From the human T2T-CHM13v2.0 reference genome, Homo sapiens: a DNA stretch of 64,000 bases. The translations under genes and the position numbers were made by a program. Location: assembly GCF_009914755.1 (NCBI RefSeq), contig NC_060936.1; one strand, given 5' to 3'. The notes under the pieces were generated by a model that worked only from the letters and a program-made list of their open reading frames with translations, made no database searches and had not been told where the DNA came from. Below, piece after piece: positions 59,050 through 64,000 of this stretch; positions within the stretch are counted from its first letter, which is position 1, and each line of letters opens with the position of its first letter.

Positions 59050-59630
59050 TTTTCTCAAGCTGGGACAGCCCTCTGGGGGTTCGGGGATTGGGGGTAGGGT
59101 CCCTTCGCAGGCCCTCGATGCCACCAGCGCGTTCCTTTTTCCTCCCTGGGCTTTGCCTCTCTGCCTCTGGGCTTGGCTGGGCATCGGCTGCAGGTCGCGC
59201 TTCCTGCCTTTCCTAGTGGCCTGACTTTCTCAGGGCTCCCCTGGAGGTTCGGAAACGTGTCGGGGGCATGTGCCTGCGGAAACATTCCAGGGCACGTTCC
59301 CTCCTGCCCACATCCAGGAGGCCCCTGGGCTGCTTGCGGCAGCCTCCTCCCGAGCAGTGCGCTGCAGAAGGGCCCTTCCCGTTCAGGCCACCGGGGAAGG
59401 TAATTAAATTGGAGCAGAAACACCCTCCTCCCGAGGTCACCGAACGTGAAAGCTGCAGGCCGGGTACCAATTAAAGGCAGCGAGCGAGCGGAGACGCGCC
59501 CGGGCGCTGCTGTTACATAAGCGCCCGGGGCCACCGCGCCTCCGCCCGCTGCGCAGCGCCGGGCTGATGGGCTGACACCCGCAAGACAGATGCCTCCCGC
59601 GCCGGGCTTTTATCAAGATATATTTGCTCG
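59050..59630. promoter_or_regulatory. Intragenic CpG island in SSPN intron 2 (candidate internal promoter/enhancer)
   Basis: Dense CpG, GC-rich, non-repeat sequence with GC-box-like ctccgccc, GTTACATAA (59512-59520), TAATTA (59401-59406) and nearby CACGTG (58990-58995). Confidence 0.8.
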
Positions 59631-60189
59631 GATTCTCAAGGTCATCGTAAACACTCTTCCTTATAGTGTATTCGTGCCATGTAGGTAAAACAAGCCACTT
59701 GATTTTAAATTACAGATTCTAACCCAGAAGCTTGTTGCTGTCAGATGAGTTAAAAGCCATGAAGGAAAAATGCCACAGCGCTGCAGATAAAGCCTGCAGG
59801 CTTTAGGGGGGATCGAGTATATATTTATGTCTTAAAATGGATAAGAAACTTGATTCCGTGGCTTTCTCTAGTTTACTTGGCCTGATGCTTTCCGGAGTGG
59901 GAGAAGCCGAGTCACTAAAGTGTGAGATAGATACGCACGATATAAATTTATTCATACTCAGAGAAGCTAAGGGGCATGGTTTTTCTTTATGTTCTCTTTG
60001 GGTTCTAGCATAAACGGTTTAATTAAAATTGAGCAACCACTGTGTTTGTGTAAATGTTTACATCCTTCCTACAAGCCAAGAATGCATTGTTACTCCCACA
60101 TGACAAAATAAGACAAAAGCAGTCGAATTAATATCCTCAGTCCTCAGAACTGGCAGCTCTTTCCATCCCTACTAATTTGCTTATTATTT

Positions 60190-60420
60190 CACAAATACTT
60201 AAATAGGCTCCTGTATACCAGACGCTGTTCTAAGTTCTTTACAGACATCAACTCTTTTGATCCTTGTAATTATCCTGTGAAGTAGGTGCTATTATGATCA
60301 TCATGCCAAGTTTACAGATGAAGAAGTACAGGTGCACAGGGATTGATGAATTTGCCCAGGGACCATGGCTAGTGAGGGGAGAACCTGACTCCCTGGTTCA
60401 CGCTGTTAATCATCAGCCAG
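60190..60420 (-). mobile_element. MIR
   Basis: cctgtgaagtaggtgctatt...tttacagatgaagaa...tttgcccaggg. Confidence 0.7.
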
Positions 60421-60647
60421 TACTGCTGCGCACTTGTTAAATGGTCTTGGGCACATCTTTTAATCTCTGAGCCAAAAAGTCATCTTTTAAAAATAGACAA
60501 AATTCCCATTTTCAGCAAATGGATTTTTGTGACTATCATGAATGAGTAAAATCTTTTTCAACTATTTGAATTATTTGCAGATTGAGAATGAGGGATTATT
60601 GTCATTGCTTCAAGATATTGCCCAACAAATGTTACAGAAAATTGCTA

Positions 60648-60929
<282 letters not shown>

Positions 60930-61404
60930 GAAATTGCTATTTAAGGATGTATGTATGTTAGAGGTAGGAAGGTTATCACAAGACCCCCGCCCCCAACTTC
61001 CATCCATTGTTGGTGATAAAACAGGTAGAGAAAACTCCATTTGGGGCCATTCTACTAAGCAGATGACTACCAGGTGGGAAATGATCACTTTAACCTGGGC
61101 CTTCCCTGGTTAAAATCATAGATATACCATTGTTCCCAGAGCAAACTGTTCCCAGTTCTCTGCTGGCTGTACTGGGAATACAGCTACGATGGGTACACAC
61201 ACACACACACACACAGAACATGGTCAAGACAGTTTAATTTGGCTCTTGGCACCAAGAGTTTGAAGTCAGTAATCAAGCCTGAATATTTCAGAACAACCCA
61301 GAATTGTTCAAATATTCTTCCCCATTGGTTCTACAAAATAAATCCATATTTTTAGGCTAAAAACTCCAATTTTTGCATAAAATGTAGTCACTGAAAATAT
61401 TGAG

Positions 61405-61530
61405 GGCCAGACGAAGTGGTTCACGGCTCTAATCTCAATACTTTGGGAGGCTGAGGTGGGAGGATCACTTGAGGCTTGGAGTTTGAGACCAGCCTGGGCC
61501 ACATAGCAAGACTCCATCTCTTAAAAAAAA
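61405..61530 (+). mobile_element. FLAM_C / Alu left monomer
   Basis: Single arm ending gactccatctcttaaaaaaaa. Confidence 0.8.
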
Positions 61531-63251
61531 TTTTTTTTATGATGGTACCACTTTGTATATATCTGGTTCCCTTCCTCCAAGGAACACTAATATTGAGTAT
61601 AATCATTGTTATGTCCCTGAGATATAAGATGTTTCTATAAACTGTTTCACAGATGAAGATACTTAGGTTACATCTGACAATCCTTTAAATGATTTGAAGA
61701 GGAAAAAGAATGTGTGTTTAAGATCTCTTTGATGAAAAGATCTAAAGAATCCATGATACTAATTAAGATGTATTAAGAAAAAAATGGCTTTAACTAATTC
61801 TACGCTCTTCCAGTGACCTTAGATAGACAGTCAAGCTGTATGTAATCCCTGATGGATTCCCTTACAGGCAAACCAGAGATAAGCTTAGGGCACCAGCAAC
61901 CAGTATGTACACCCACACCCACACATACATGCACACATACCACTCAAGAAAAAGAAAAAGTAAAAATGTAAATACAGCATTCCAAATTTAAGACTTGAAA
62001 ACACTTGAAATCATCACTGTGTGGAACACACTCATTTGGAGGACTTTTGTACACATATTTTGTAGTGTCACATATATGTTTTAATTTTGAATTATACATA
62101 AGGGAAGGTGGGGGAAGGGCATCATCTTCTCAGAGCTACTTTCCTCTGAACCTGGAAATGACTGGAACTAATATTACTTTGTGAAGTGTCCATTTACCAG
62201 AATTGTTCTCTGTAGAGAGCAACTTTTGACTGTGGTAATGTAATTCTTGCACTAAGAACTATGTGTACTAGTCTCAAAAGCTGGGGACTCTGAGCCTTAC
62301 CTAGAGTCTCAGCAGGTGGACCATTAAGATTAACATTTCTAGTAGGTGAGTTCAATCACAAAAATATTTCTTGTTCCATAGATTTTATTGTGGCCATGTC
62401 AGTGAACACCCACAAGTTTTGCTCAGAATATTTTAGGTGTAAGCTAAATCCCTAAATTGTTCAGAGTTCCCACAGCCCTGTAGCAGCAGAGCGAGAACTT
62501 TAACCAGACTTTTTCAATCCCAAAGCTAATCTGGAGGCCAACAGTGTTCAAAACCTTGGTGACTGAGGAACCATTTAGAGTTTTTTCAGGCTCAGGAATC
62601 ACATGGTCGTTGTTGGGCTTGGGGTAAGTTTCACAGGCGATGAAGCTGACGTTGAGTCACTTGACTTCTGGAGCCATAATTTATTTTCTCCCAGCAACCT
62701 CCTACTGGGGATTCTCATGTTTATGGATACAGTTTGGCAATCACTACATTGAATGTAGTCTTTTAAAAAAATTAACTTATGCTATTAGTTGACCCATCAT
62801 TGCTAATTTTGGCCCACACAGTGTTTGCATTACAAAAACCTGTTCTTTACTTCCTAGTCTTGTTTCAGTCTTAATATCAGAAGTTCTTGAGTTCAAAATA
62901 AGCACAACATGTCATCCAGGGATGGCTAGCTTGTTTGGGATTCATCTAAACTGCTGGCAATATCTAGACAAAAACATTCCACAGTCCAGCTAATATGGTT
63001 GTCACAACTCTTGAAAAGGGCCCAACATCTGGATGGCAAGTGAAAATGTGATCAGGGTTTAAGAACTACCCACTAATAAATAAACATGGAGCTATTTCCA
63101 TGTCTTGGGTGTTGTGTTTCTAAGAAGAGACAGCCTTTCCATCAGAAAATTTCTGGGAGGGAAGAAAAAGAACAGTTTTGATGAATTCGCTTTGCAAATC
63201 ATCATCCAATGTTCTTTGTAACCAGAAAGGTTTTCTTCTGCTTTCTTGCAG

Positions 63252-63617
63252 CTGTTATACTTTCTGCTGAGTGCCCTGGGCCTGACGGTCTGTGTGCTGG
63301 CCGTGGCCTTTGCCGCCCACCACTATTCGCAGCTCACACAGTTTACCTGTGAGACCACACTCGACTCTTGCCAGTGCAAACTGCCCTCCTCGGAGCCGCT
63401 CAGCAGGACCTTTGTTTACCGGGATGTGACGGACTGTACCAGCGTCACTGGCACTTTCAAACTGTTCTTACTCATCCAGATGATTCTTAATTTGGTCTGC
63501 GGCCTTGTGTGCTTGTTGGCCTGCTTTGTGATGTGGAAACATAGGTACCAGGTCTTCTATGTGGGTGTCAGGATATGCTCCCTCACGGCTTCCGAAGGCC
63601 CCCAGCAAAAGATCTAA
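63252..63617 (+). CDS. SSPN: Sarcospan coding exon 3 (aa 123-243: TM3, Cys-containing large extracellular loop, TM4, C-tail ending EGPQQKI)
   Basis: Acceptor ttttcttctgctttcttgcag|CTG, matching ORF 63246-63617 from its third codon. TAA stop. Total 243 aa agrees with the known sarcospan length. Confidence 0.97.
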   Translation: MLYFLLSALGLTVCVLAVAFAAHHYSQLTQFTCETTLDSCQCKLPSSEPLSRTFVYRDVTDCTSVTGTFKLFLLIQMILNLVCGLVCLLACFVMWKHRYQVFYVGVRICSLTASEGPQQKI

Positions 63618-64000
63618 CATTCTTGCTCAAAGTTGCGAGAGAAAGTAGCACATGGAGTAGCTGAGGTTAAACAAACAAAAAAAAATTTTAAACAAAGAAA
63701 GGAAAAAAATTGACAATAAAAGTCACTCTTCTAATTGAATATTTTTATATTTTTATGAAACAAAAGAGCATTTCTTCAGGTTTCTATTGTATTTTTTTTA
63801 ACATTCTTGCAGAGAAAGCAAGATCCAAATTGATTTTGGGATATTAAAAGTTAACAGAACACTGAACAAGGAAAGAATGGCATAGATCTATCTTTACAGT
63901 CTGGAGTTAATTCCTGTTAACTCATTTTATCCATTCCTTACATAATCTTCTTTCCTGTTAGTCCAGTTTGATGGTGTGAATGGTGAATTTCAGGCCCAGT
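63618..64000 (+). other. SSPN: Start of SSPN 3' UTR (runs out of the window)
   Basis: AU-rich sequence directly after the stop codon in the terminal exon. Confidence 0.85.
63715..63720 (+). terminator. Candidate proximal polyadenylation signal AATAAA
   Basis: AATAAA ~100 nt after the stop, followed by U-rich tracts (atttttatatttttatg). A second variant ATTAAA lies at 63843-63848. Confidence 0.45.

Noticed and set aside
59055-59534. 159-aa minus-strand ORF in the intronic CpG island
   Set aside because: It starts at a non-ATG codon, has GC-driven composition and shows no recognisable domain.

Overview
This is human (primate) genomic DNA containing the complete coding region of SSPN (sarcospan), a four-transmembrane member of the dystrophin-glycoprotein complex, on the + strand. 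Three coding exons (28200-28478, 56835-56921, 63252-63617) join in phase 0 through GT-AG introns to give 93+29+121 = 243 aa. The promoter is a CpG island (~27850-28740) with a perfect CArG box, a (GGGT)3GGG G-quadruplex motif and a consensus donor for an alternative non-coding first exon. The rest is mostly repeat-rich non-coding sequence: Alu/FLAM, MIR, L2, old L1M, MaLR solo LTRs, DNA transposons, and a young L1PA2-like insertion with a twin-priming 5' inversion inside a MER5A. I see no prokaryotic features and no wholly new multi-gene system. The best candidates for undescribed biology are two possible extra SSPN exons. (1) A second CpG island in intron 2 carries an ATG-initiated 44-codon segment ending at a phase-0 donor that would splice in frame to exon 3 (165-aa product). 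(2) An acceptor 388 nt after exon 2 opens a 94-codon in-frame alternative terminal exon with a hydrophobic stretch (216-aa product). Both are inferences from sequence only. Repeat subfamily calls come from recalled consensus sequences, and their boundaries are approximate unless a target-site duplication (TSD) is given.
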